Positions 31,455 through 39,758 of a stretch of DNA of 39,758 nucleotides are shown one piece after another. The stretch's first letter is position 1, and each line of letters begins with the position of its first letter. A program made the position numbers and the translations under genes. Where the stretch lies: NCBI GenBank assembly GCA_964516675.1, contig CAZEXR010000001.1, positions 1 to 39,758 on the forward strand. The letters run 5' to 3'. The DNA comes from an uncultured Enterobacterales bacterium. Lineage in GTDB: Bacteria; Pseudomonadota; Gammaproteobacteria; Enterobacterales; Succinivibrionaceae. Below the pieces are notes generated by a model. That model saw only the letters and a program-made list of their open reading frames with translations, was not told the DNA's origin and made no database searches.

Positions 31455-32792
31455 ATGTTAATTGCAGAATTTATTTTTCTACTAATGATGTTATACATTG
31501 GTAGCCGTTATGGTGGTATTGGTCTTGGCGTTGTATCAGGTATCGGCATCGTTGTAGAAGTATTCATTCTTCGCATGCCACCAGCTAACCCTCCTGTTGA
31601 TGTTATGCTAATCATTATTGCAGTAGTAAGCTGTGCTGCAATTTTAGAGGCAGCTAACGGCCTTAAGTATATGCTACAGATTGCCGAAAAGTTACTACGT
31701 AAAAATCCAAAGAGAATTACCTTCTTTGGACCACTAGTAACATTTACTCTATCTATCATGTTAGGTACAGGCCACGCAGTTTACTCAATTATGCCAATTA
31801 TTGGTGATATTGCACTTAAGAACAAAATTCGTCCTGAAAGACCAATGGCTGCAGCTTCAGTTGCATCTCAATTAGCTCTTACAGGTTCACCTATTGCTGC
31901 GGTTGTAGCTTGCTATTTAGGTAAAGATGTTCTTCAAGTACCAGGCCTTGAGAACTTAACCTTACTTGATATTCTAGCTGTTACATTCCCTGCTACATTA
32001 TTAGGTACTATCGCAATGTCAATCTACTCAAACTTTAGAGGTAAAAATCTAGAGGACGATCCTGAGTTCCAACGTAGAATGCAAGATCCAGAGTACAAAA
32101 AGCAGATTGAAAATAACTCAAAGACAACCTTAGACGAGCAATTACCATTTACTGCAAAACTTTCAGTACTAATCTTCTTAGCATCATTAGTTTTAATTGT
32201 TCTAATCGCTGTATTCCCTGAAGTTAGAACTATTGGTGAAGGTACTAAACCTATTTCAATGGGTGTCATCATTCAGATGATGATGTTAGCTTTCGGTGCT
32301 ATCATTCTTATTGCAACCAAGACTCCAGTTAAGATTATTCCAAACGGTGTTGTTTTCAAATCAGGTATGACAGCATGTATTGCAATCTTTGGTATTGCAT
32401 GGATGTCTGATACTTATTTCCAATATGCAATGCCTGAGTTTAAGGCAGCAATTACAGAAATGGTTAATGCCTACCCTTGGACATTTGCTCTAGCATTATT
32501 TGCAGTATCAGTTGTAGTTAATTCTCAGGCTGCAACAGCAAAGATTATGCTTCCAGTTGCAATTGCAATTGGTCTACCAGGACCTGTGCTTATCGGTCTA
32601 ATGCCAGCAACATATGCATACTTCTTTATTCCTAACTACCCTTCAGATATTGCAACAGTTAACTTTGATGTCACTGGTACAACAAAGATTGGCAAGTGGT
32701 ACTTTAACCACTCATTTATGTTCCCAGGTTTAATCGGTGTATTTACAGCTTGTGCTGTAGGTTTAACACTTGCAGATTTAATCTTGGCATAA
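31455..32792 (+). CDS. dcuB: anaerobic C4-dicarboxylate transporter (DcuA/DcuB family, DcuB-like)
   Basis: Polytopic membrane protein with GTGHAVY, IRPERPM and PNYPSDIATVNFDVTGTTKIGKWYFNHSFM motifs. Confidence 0.9.
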   Translation: MLIAEFIFLLMMLYIGSRYGGIGLGVVSGIGIVVEVFILRMPPANPPVDVMLIIIAVVSCAAILEAANGLKYMLQIAEKLLRKNPKRITFFGPLVTFTLSIMLGTGHAVYSIMPIIGDIALKNKIRPERPMAAASVASQLALTGSPIAAVVACYLGKDVLQVPGLENLTLLDILAVTFPATLLGTIAMSIYSNFRGKNLEDDPEFQRRMQDPEYKKQIENNSKTTLDEQLPFTAKLSVLIFLASLVLIVLIAVFPEVRTIGEGTKPISMGVIIQMMMLAFGAIILIATKTPVKIIPNGVVFKSGMTACIAIFGIAWMSDTYFQYAMPEFKAAITEMVNAYPWTFALALFAVSVVVNSQAATAKIMLPVAIAIGLPGPVLIGLMPATYAYFFIPNYPSDIATVNFDVTGTTKIGKWYFNHSFMFPGLIGVFTACAVGLTLADLILA

Positions 32793-32814
32793 AACAAATA
32801 ATACCAACTAATAT

Positions 32815-32844
32815 AGGTGCGTCTTAAAAGCGCACCTTTTTTTT
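32815..32844 (+). terminator. intrinsic terminator after dcuB
   Basis: AGGTGCG-9nt-CGCACCT followed by a T run. Confidence 0.85.
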
Positions 32845-33005
32845 CCCACACAATCTCTATAGTTCTACACTTGCCTATTTACAATTTTTTTAAGCTACAA
32901 CAATAAGTTAAATTCAATTTTTTTGACAATGATCTTATTACATTTTTATTCTTGTTCTACACTCTAGTTATATAGATTATAAAAATAAAACGTATGGAGT
33001 TTATT

Positions 33006-33764
33006 ATGAATTTAACAGGCAAATATGCCCTTATATCAGGTGCTAGTCGTGGTATTGGTAAAGCCATAGCAGAAAAATATTTCAAAGAAGGCGCTACGGT
33101 TTATTTATTATCAAGAAACGCTGAAGAGCTTTCAAATACTGCTTTAGAAATTGATCCTACAGGTCAAAGAGCCTTTGCAGTGCCTTGTGATGTTACATCC
33201 ACTACATCAATTAAAGAGGTATTTAAACGATTTAAGGCCTCAGATATTTATATAGATATTCTTGTAAATGCAGCTGGAATTGCTTGTGCTAAGCCTATTG
33301 AAGATCTTGATTATGAAGAATGGGATAGAACTATTAACACTAATCTTACAGGTTCATTTATGCTCTGTCAGAAGTGTCTTGATGGCATGAAACACAAAGG
33401 TGGCGGTAAGATTATCAATATCGCATCATTGATGTCTGAGGTAGCTCGTCCTGGTCTTGCAGCATATTGCGCCTCAAAAGGTGGATTATTGATGTTCACA
33501 AAATGCCTTGCTGTGGAATGGGCGAAATATAACATTCAAGCCAATACAATAATTCCTGGATACATTGACACTATTATGGTTGAGGAGATTAGAAATAATC
33601 CATCTACAAATCAGAATGTAATTAACAAGACTCCTGCGGGACGATGGGGGCTTGCCGATGATGTAGCTGATGTTGCATTATTTTTAGCATCTAAGAATTC
33701 AAACTTCATAACAGGAGCTGATATTCCTGTAGATGGAGGTGTGCTTGCTAGTTTGCAACTTTAA
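33006..33764 (+). CDS. short-chain dehydrogenase/reductase (gluconate 5-dehydrogenase/KduD-like)
   Basis: SGASRGIG, NAAG, catalytic YCASK, KTPAGRWG, VDGG. ATG 33006 follows GGAG; alternative start 32994. Substrate uncertain. Confidence 0.88.
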   Translation: MNLTGKYALISGASRGIGKAIAEKYFKEGATVYLLSRNAEELSNTALEIDPTGQRAFAVPCDVTSTTSIKEVFKRFKASDIYIDILVNAAGIACAKPIEDLDYEEWDRTINTNLTGSFMLCQKCLDGMKHKGGGKIINIASLMSEVARPGLAAYCASKGGLLMFTKCLAVEWAKYNIQANTIIPGYIDTIMVEEIRNNPSTNQNVINKTPAGRWGLADDVADVALFLASKNSNFITGADIPVDGGVLASLQL

Positions 33765-33815
33765 ACTATAAACAAATTATAAGCATGGATAGTTTGGTCA
33801 GTAAAGCCAAATGAA

Positions 33816-33856
33816 AAAAGAACGGCTTTCAAGAAAAAATTGAAAGCCGTTCTTTT
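33816..33856. terminator. bidirectional terminator between the SDR gene and dapB
   Basis: Perfect 17-bp inverted repeat AAAAGAACGGCTTTCAA-7nt-TTGAAAGCCGTTCTTTT. Confidence 0.9.
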
Positions 33857-33875
33857 GTTTTAAAGTATAAAAGAA

Positions 33876-34649
33876 TTATGCCTTTAGACCTAAAACTTCA
33901 TTCATACCATATAGACCAGGTTTCTTATCGCTAAGCCATAAAGCAGCTCTAAATGCACCACGAGCGAAAGTCTGACGAGATGTAGCTACATGACTTAATT
34001 CAACGCGCTCACCTTCAGAACAGAACATTGCAGTATGTTCACCTACAATATCGCCACCACGAATTGCAGAGAAACCAATAGAACCGTATGTACGCTCACC
34101 AGTGATACCATTACGACCTGATACCATAACATCTTTTAAATTAACATTACGGCCAGCAGCTGCTGCTTCACCGATTGCCAAAGCAGTACCAGATGGAGCA
34201 TCTACCTTATAGCGGTGATGAGCTTCTACAATCTCAATATCAGAATCAGACATAATAGCTGCTGTTTTCTTAACAAGATTTAATAGAATATTTACACCAA
34301 CAGAGAAGTTTGCTGCAAATACAATTGGAACTACCTTTGAATATTCCTTAATCTTATCCTTCTGATCATAATCAAAACCAGTAGTACCTAATACAACTGC
34401 ACAATTATGATTTTTTGCATACTCAAGAACATTTAAAGAGCATTCAGGACGAGAGAAATCGATGAATAGATCAGGAGCTACAGTTAACTTATTTAAATCG
34501 TCTACAACTTCAACATTGCAACCTACAGGTAAGGAATCGGTGCTTTTATCAAGACAACAAATTACTTTAGCATCTGCAAGACCTAAACAGCAGTCCCATA
34601 AAGCGTGGCCCATACGGCCGCCAATACCAATAATACCTACCTTAAGCAT
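33876..34649 (-). CDS. dapB: 4-hydroxy-tetrahydrodipicolinate reductase
   Basis: GIGGRMG, IDFSRP, VLGTTG, AANFSVG, EAHHRYKVDAPSGTA. Confidence 0.97.
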   Translation of the reverse strand: MLKVGIIGIGGRMGHALWDCCLGLADAKVICCLDKSTDSLPVGCNVEVVDDLNKLTVAPDLFIDFSRPECSLNVLEYAKNHNCAVVLGTTGFDYDQKDKIKEYSKVVPIVFAANFSVGVNILLNLVKKTAAIMSDSDIEIVEAHHRYKVDAPSGTALAIGEAAAAGRNVNLKDVMVSGRNGITGERTYGSIGFSAIRGGDIVGEHTAMFCSEGERVELSHVATSRQTFARGAFRAALWLSDKKPGLYGMNEVLGLKA

Positions 34650-35133
34650 TCTTAATCTCCTTTCTCATTACGATTAGATGGTCAGATTTTACACTAATTT
34701 TTTTAAAGTGTAACGACTCATAGAAAGCGATTGCACCATTATTTTGCATTTCGACATCGACCTCAAGTGTATGTCCACCTTTCATTGTAACCATATGTTC
34801 GGCTATTGAAAGCAAGGTACTACCTACACCTGAGCGCATATATCTCGGAGAAATATATAGTGCAAGAACATGACCTAATTGTATTTCGTTTTTAAAAGTT
34901 AAAAAACCATAAAGCTCTTTTGCACCACAAGCAAGCATGGTTTTATAATTGTTCTCTTTAATGCGTTTTACCCACAGTTCTGTAAACTGAGGATGAGTGA
35001 AAGTAAATGGTTTGGCTCGATTTTCAAATTGAGATGATGACAGTTCAAGTCTAGCAATATTACTTGCATCGCGCTCAACAGCCCATCTTACTTTTATATG
35101 AAGATTATTCTCAAGAACGATTTCTTCGCTCAC
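34642..35133 (-). CDS. GNAT family N-acetyltransferase
   Basis: LYISPRYMRSGVGSTLL and NNGAIAFYESLHF motifs; GTG start; overlaps dapB by 8 nt. Confidence 0.85.
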   Translation of the reverse strand: MSEEIVLENNLHIKVRWAVERDASNIARLELSSSQFENRAKPFTFTHPQFTELWVKRIKENNYKTMLACGAKELYGFLTFKNEIQLGHVLALYISPRYMRSGVGSTLLSIAEHMVTMKGGHTLEVDVEMQNNGAIAFYESLHFKKISVKSDHLIVMRKEIKNA

Positions 35134-35135
35134 TA

Positions 35136-36803
35136 CTAATTACCACTTTGAGTTAATAGAGCTTTAGCAGATTCATATGTAGCGTCGGTAATAACATTAC
35201 CACCCATCATACGACATAGTTCCTCTACTCTACCCTTCTGGTCTAGTAGTATTACATGAGACTGTGATGACTCATTTACTTGTTCTTTAGACACTAAGAA
35301 CTGGTAATTAGCACAAGCTGCAACCTGAGGCAAATGAGTTACTGTAATTACCTGTACGCTTGTACCTAATTGACGAAGTAAATTACCTACAGATGATGCT
35401 GTACGACCAGAAATACCTGTATCTACCTCATCAAAGATTAGAGTCTCTGTAGAATTAGCTGATGATGTTAAAACCTCAATTGCCAAAGCTAAACGTGATA
35501 ACTCACCGCCTGAGGCTACTGCACCTAAATCTTTAGGCTCTTCGCCTAAATTTGCAGTAAACAAGAAGGTTGCGTTATCGCGTCCACCTTTACGAGGACG
35601 ACATTCCTCATCTCTTGAGATTACAACCTTAAAAATACCATTTTCCATGGCTAAATTTTTGATTTTAGAGGTAACATCTTCTGACATTTTTACTGCAGCT
35701 TTAGCTCTATATTCAGATAGAATTAAAGACTTCTCTTCATATGCAGTACGGAGTTTTTTAACATCCTCTGTCAGTGTTGAGATTTGTTCTTTTAAAGATA
35801 AGAAATATTCTAAGTCTTTTTCTAATTTATCTTTAATCTTATAAAGCTCATTTGGCTGAATATTAAAACGACGAGCTAATTCATGACACTTAGAAAGTTT
35901 TTCTGATAATTCTTCAACTAAAGCTGTATTTGCTCTTAAGGTTAGATTGTCTAGTTTCTCACGAGCTAAATCTAAAAGTTCGGCTGCTTTTGATAAGTCA
36001 TCTACGATAGGATCAATACTATCCTTTGCATATACAGAAACTCTTGTTAAGTCAGCTATTCTTGAGCTTATGATATCAATAATATTGTGCTCATCATTCT
36101 CTAATACGCCTTGAGCTAAAGCGATTGCATCTGTTGCTTGAGATTGATGAGAAAGTGCATCATAATCCTTTGAAATTTGCTCGTAATCGCCTTCTTTTAA
36201 ATTAAGCTTATTTAATTCTTCAAGCTCAAATTTTAAAGTCTTAAAATTTGCAGCTCCTTGCATCTGCTCATCTGCAAGTCTCTGAAGTTTATTTCGATTT
36301 ACGTTATAGCTTGTAAAGGCAGAATCCACCGCTTCAACGTATTTAGATAGTTGGCCAAAACTGTCAACTAGATTTAATTGGTTTGCTTTATCTATTAGTT
36401 TAATTGAGGCATGCTGACCATGAATTGCTACAAGAGAAGCACTTACCTCTTTTAGCTGAGATAATGTACAAGGAGTATTATTGATATAAGCCTTTGACTT
36501 TCCATCGCTATTTACAACTCTGCGTAACATTAAAGTGTCATCGTCACTTTGCAGATCATTGGCTATTAAAAAGTCCTGAACATGCTTATTCTTCGTTGAA
36601 AATACCGCATTAAGCTCTGCTTTTGTAGCACCTGTTCGTACCATATTTGCATCAGCTCTAGCCCCTAATAATAAGGATAAAGCATCAACTGTTAATGATT
36701 TACCAGCACCAGTCTCACCAGTGATACAGGACATACCATTTTCAAACTCTAAAGTGTTTTCTACGCTTAGAGCAAAATCCTTTACAATTAGCTGTTCTAG
36801 CAT
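35136..36803 (-). CDS. recN: DNA repair protein RecN
   Basis: ITGETGAGKS, IHGQH, VASGGELSR, LIFDEVDTGISG, VTHLPQVAA. ATG 36803 follows AGGAG. Confidence 0.96.
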   Translation of the reverse strand: MLEQLIVKDFALSVENTLEFENGMSCITGETGAGKSLTVDALSLLLGARADANMVRTGATKAELNAVFSTKNKHVQDFLIANDLQSDDDTLMLRRVVNSDGKSKAYINNTPCTLSQLKEVSASLVAIHGQHASIKLIDKANQLNLVDSFGQLSKYVEAVDSAFTSYNVNRNKLQRLADEQMQGAANFKTLKFELEELNKLNLKEGDYEQISKDYDALSHQSQATDAIALAQGVLENDEHNIIDIISSRIADLTRVSVYAKDSIDPIVDDLSKAAELLDLAREKLDNLTLRANTALVEELSEKLSKCHELARRFNIQPNELYKIKDKLEKDLEYFLSLKEQISTLTEDVKKLRTAYEEKSLILSEYRAKAAVKMSEDVTSKIKNLAMENGIFKVVISRDEECRPRKGGRDNATFLFTANLGEEPKDLGAVASGGELSRLALAIEVLTSSANSTETLIFDEVDTGISGRTASSVGNLLRQLGTSVQVITVTHLPQVAACANYQFLVSKEQVNESSQSHVILLDQKGRVEELCRMMGGNVITDATYESAKALLTQSGN

Positions 36804-36811
36804 TTTATCTC

Positions 36812-37729
36812 CTAAACTAGGCTCTTGCCCCAACCTAGCTTTTTACGTAAAAGACTATAGTAGTCGTATCCTTGAGGATGAATTAAAGTAAGTGGAATAT
36901 GATGCTGACGAATTAGCACTGAACATTTAGTATCAGCTCTCATAGTTACCTGTCCATCACAGTTAATTGCAATGAGCTCAGCTAAATCATCCTGACACTC
37001 AAATTCGATTTTTACTTCACTCTTACCAGGAATAATAATTGGAGAGCAATTTAATGAATGAGGGAACATAGGAACTAATGATAAAACATCTAAATGAGGT
37101 TCGATAATAGAACCACCTGCAGATAAAGAATATGCAGTTGAGCCTGTAGGTGTATTTACAATAATACCATCTCCACGTATGGTGTACATGTACTTGTCAC
37201 CAATGGTTACTTTTAAAACCATCATATGAGCAATGGTACCAGAGTGAATTACAGTCTCATTTGTAGCTAATGACTGTCCTACTAATTCCCCAACTCCATC
37301 TTCAGAAGTTCTTGAAACTAGCACATCAATCATAGTGCGCTCTTCAATGGTATAAAAACCTTTTACGACTTTCTCAAGAGTCTCATCTAAATTCTGTGGA
37401 CTTACATCTGTAAGTAAGCCTAAATGACCACGGTTAATACCTAAAACAGGTACTTTTAAATCTACTAATGTTCTTGCAACACCTAGTACAGAACCGTCAC
37501 CACCTACGACAATAATTAAATCAACATCACGCATCTGACGACGTGAAATACATTCAATCTCAGGAATATTAAAACCGACTTGTGTATTCGCATCAAGATA
37601 TACCTTTACGCCTAGTGCAACTAATTTATCTGCAATTTCTTTTATAGAATCTGATAAAGGTCTTTTATATACTTTTGAAACGATTACAACTGATTTAATC
37701 GGCTTTTGCTGTTCTATCTGAGTTGCCAT
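36812..37729 (-). CDS. nadK: NAD kinase
   Basis: VGGDGS, GINRGHLGLL, NE motif, TPTGSTAYSLSAGG; upstream of recN as is typical. Confidence 0.95.
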   Translation of the reverse strand: MATQIEQQKPIKSVVIVSKVYKRPLSDSIKEIADKLVALGVKVYLDANTQVGFNIPEIECISRRQMRDVDLIIVVGGDGSVLGVARTLVDLKVPVLGINRGHLGLLTDVSPQNLDETLEKVVKGFYTIEERTMIDVLVSRTSEDGVGELVGQSLATNETVIHSGTIAHMMVLKVTIGDKYMYTIRGDGIIVNTPTGSTAYSLSAGGSIIEPHLDVLSLVPMFPHSLNCSPIIIPGKSEVKIEFECQDDLAELIAINCDGQVTMRADTKCSVLIRQHHIPLTLIHPQGYDYYSLLRKKLGWGKSLV

Positions 37730-37815
37730 CAAAGGCTCCTGTTATGTTGATATATTTTTTATCTATTTTACCTTGTGTAATAGTTTTTTTCAAAAATAGT
37801 GACAGAAATTGACGA

Positions 37816-38112
37816 CTACACCATAACTGAACAAATCTCATCAGTCGTTTCATCAACTAACTCGATTTTATAGACCATAATAGTCTTCGGATCAGAACAA
37901 CAAAAGGTGGTTTCATATGGAGTATCACCACCAAAATTACCTCCATAACGTAGAATATCTACATAAGGGAATGCAATGTGACAAACCATCGGACAAAGCT
38001 GACCTCTTTGACTTTCCCAGTCATAGCTTTTGCCAATTCTCATGCCTCTATGACAGCCTTTTGCGCCAAGTCTATCTATAATTGTAATTTTGATATTTTT
38101 CTTTTTATTCAC
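37816..38112 (-). CDS. small Cys-rich protein, TIGR04076-like
   Basis: KIKITI...C...LCP...YVDILRYGGNF...CCSDP..MVYKIE pattern. Probable GTG start at 38112; the ORF extends to 38142, into the terminator. Confidence 0.65.
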   Translation of the reverse strand: MNKKKNIKITIIDRLGAKGCHRGMRIGKSYDWESQRGQLCPMVCHIAFPYVDILRYGGNFGGDTPYETTFCCSDPKTIMVYKIELVDETTDEICSVMV

Positions 38113-38130
38113 TCTATCTGCTCTCAAAAT

Positions 38131-38165
38131 AAAAAACCCCATACTAATTTAACATCAGTATGGGG
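38131..38165 (-). terminator. intrinsic terminator after rbfA
   Basis: CCCCATACT-11nt-AGTATGGGG stem, followed by 6 Ts on the minus strand. Confidence 0.85.
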
Positions 38166-38186
38166 CCTTTAAAAGATTATATTACT

Positions 38187-38543
38187 TTAATCTTTGTTTA
38201 AGCCTTTTCTAATTAACGCATCAATCTTCATAGACTCTGTCAATAAAGAATCATAACGCAAATCAAGAGCAGGCATATAACGTAGGTTAAGTCTTGAAGC
38301 TAGCGCAGAACGTAAGAAACCTGAAGCCTTCTTAAGTCCTTTAATCGCAGCGTCGATCTCTTCTTGATTATCAGTCATAAAAGAGATGAACACACGAGCA
38401 GTTCTAAGATCTGGTGATACATCTACCTCTGTAACAGTGGCATTTTTAACACGTGGATCGTGAAGCTCATTGTGCAATACGTCAGCTAATTCTCTTCGAA
38501 TTGAAGCTGCAACTCTTTCGTTTCTACCGTAACTTCTTGGCAT
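38187..38543 (-). CDS. rbfA: 30S ribosome-binding factor A
   Basis: RNERVA..IRREL, VTEVDVSPDLRTARVF, LRYMPALDLRYD; follows infB. Confidence 0.96.
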   Translation of the reverse strand: MPRSYGRNERVAASIRRELADVLHNELHDPRVKNATVTEVDVSPDLRTARVFISFMTDNQEEIDAAIKGLKKASGFLRSALASRLNLRYMPALDLRYDSLLTESMKIDALIRKGLNKD

Positions 38544-38551
38544 AATTTCCT

Positions 38552-39758
38552 TTAATCTAGAGTACGTGCAATCTCAACCTTCTCGAATACTTCGATACGG
38601 TCGCCTACACGAACATCCTGGTAATTCTTAACACAGATACCGCATTCGTTATTCTGCTTAACTTCAGCTACGTCATCCTTGAAACGACGTAATGAATCTA
38701 ACTCGCCCTCGTAGATAACAGTGTTATCACGTAGAACACGAATTGGAGCAGAACGCTTTACGACACCTTCAACAACCATACAGCCTGCGATTGAACCGAA
38801 CTTAGGATGACGGAATACGTCTCTAACCTCAGCATAACCGATAAAGTTCTCACGAACTTCCTTCTTAAGCAGACCACTCATTGCCTTCTTAACATCGTCA
38901 ATTAAGTCGTAAATAACACTATAGTAGTGTAAATCAACAGACTCTGAATCGATAACTGAACGAGCAGGGCCGTCAGCACGAACGTTAAAGCCAATGATAA
39001 CAGCACCATCAGCTGCAGCTAGAGTTGCATCATTTGCTGTGATACCACCAACGCCTGAACCAATGATCTTAACTTGAACTTCTTCATTACCAAGTTTTAA
39101 TAGAGCATCTGAAATTGCTTCTACAGAACCCTGAGTATCAGCCTTTAGAACTACCTTAAGCTCTGAAGCATTATTCTCAGAGAACATAGATGCTAACTGT
39201 GCACTCTTCTGCTTAGCAATCTTCAACTCGCGGAACTTGCCTTGACGGAATAAAGCTACTTCACGAGCCTTCTTCTCATCAACTACAGCAGTTACTTCAT
39301 CACCAGCTGAAGGAACACCTGATAGACCAAATACCTCAACAGGGATTGAAGGACCTGCCTCTGTTAATTCCTGACCCTTTTCATTACGCATTGAACGTAC
39401 ACGGCCATATTGTAGACCTGCAAGGACGATATCACCATTGTGTAGAGTACCTGAACGAACAAGAACAGTTGCAACTGGACCACGACCTTTATCAAGACGA
39501 GATTCAATTGTTACACCTTCAGCCATACCATCGTGTACAGCCTTAAGCTCTAAAACTTCAGCCTGAATAGTAATAGCTTCTAGTAACTCATCAACGCCCA
39601 TACCAGTCTTAGCTGATACTTCAACGAACTGGTTTTCACCACCCATTTCCTCAGGAATAACTGAGTGTTGCATTAACTCGTTGATAACACGCTGAGGTTC
39701 TGCACCAGGTTTATCCATCTTGTTGATAGCAACAATCATAGGAACCTTAGCAGCCTGA
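38552..39758 (-). CDS. infB: translation initiation factor IF-2, 3' part (5' truncated by window edge)
   Basis: [46 protein letters not shown]; frame is open to the window end. Confidence 0.98.
   Translation of the reverse strand, partial: QAAKVPMIVAINKMDKPGAEPQRVINELMQHSVIPEEMGGENQFVEVSAKTGMGVDELLEAITIQAEVLELKAVHDGMAEGVTIESRLDKGRGPVATVLVRSGTLHNGDIVLAGLQYGRVRSMRNEKGQELTEAGPSIPVEVFGLSGVPSAGDEVTAVVDEKKAREVALFRQGKFRELKIAKQKSAQLASMFSENNASELKVVLKADTQGSVEAISDALLKLGNEEVQVKIIGSGVGGITANDATLAAADGAVIIGFNVRADGPARSVIDSESVDLHYYSVIYDLIDDVKKAMSGLLKKEVRENFIGYAEVRDVFRHPKFGSIAGCMVVEGVVKRSAPIRVLRDNTVIYEGELDSLRRFKDDVAEVKQNNECGICVKNYQDVRVGDRIEVFEKVEIARTLD

Noticed and set aside
32923-32936. FNR-like site TTGACAATGATCTT upstream of the SDR gene
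   Set aside because: Three mismatches to TTGAT-N4-ATCAA; more simply a possible -35 hexamer.

Overview
AT-rich chromosomal window from a gammaproteobacterium. The low GC, housekeeping protein sequences and DcuB fit a Succinivibrionaceae-like gut or rumen anaerobe, but this is inference. Left to right: two identical tRNA-Asn genes behind a perfect sigma70 promoter, a DJ-1/YajL gene, a small secreted His-rich protein and a minus-strand tamA-tamB-Lon-like(YcbZ) operon. Next is a ~24.6-kb all-plus-strand block: carAB, a GNAT, a four-gene SMC/KITE/kleisin/Toprim operon, glnA-gltB-gltD-gdhA, a small repeat protein, dcuB and an SDR. The window ends with minus-strand dapB, GNAT, recN, nadK, a Cys-rich small protein, rbfA and partial infB. 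The standout is 14614..21127, a translationally coupled Wadjet/MksBEFG-like operon with SMC-first (C-B-A-D) order, a non-canonical ABC signature and no mobility genes. Also notable: a probable inversion separating dapB from carA, a mosaic nitrogen-assimilation cluster lacking ntrBC, a possibly lipidated TamA, and two C>A-type changes in a highly conserved CarB motif. No CRISPR, IS or integrase was seen. Family assignments come from motif recognition by eye; no database searches were run.
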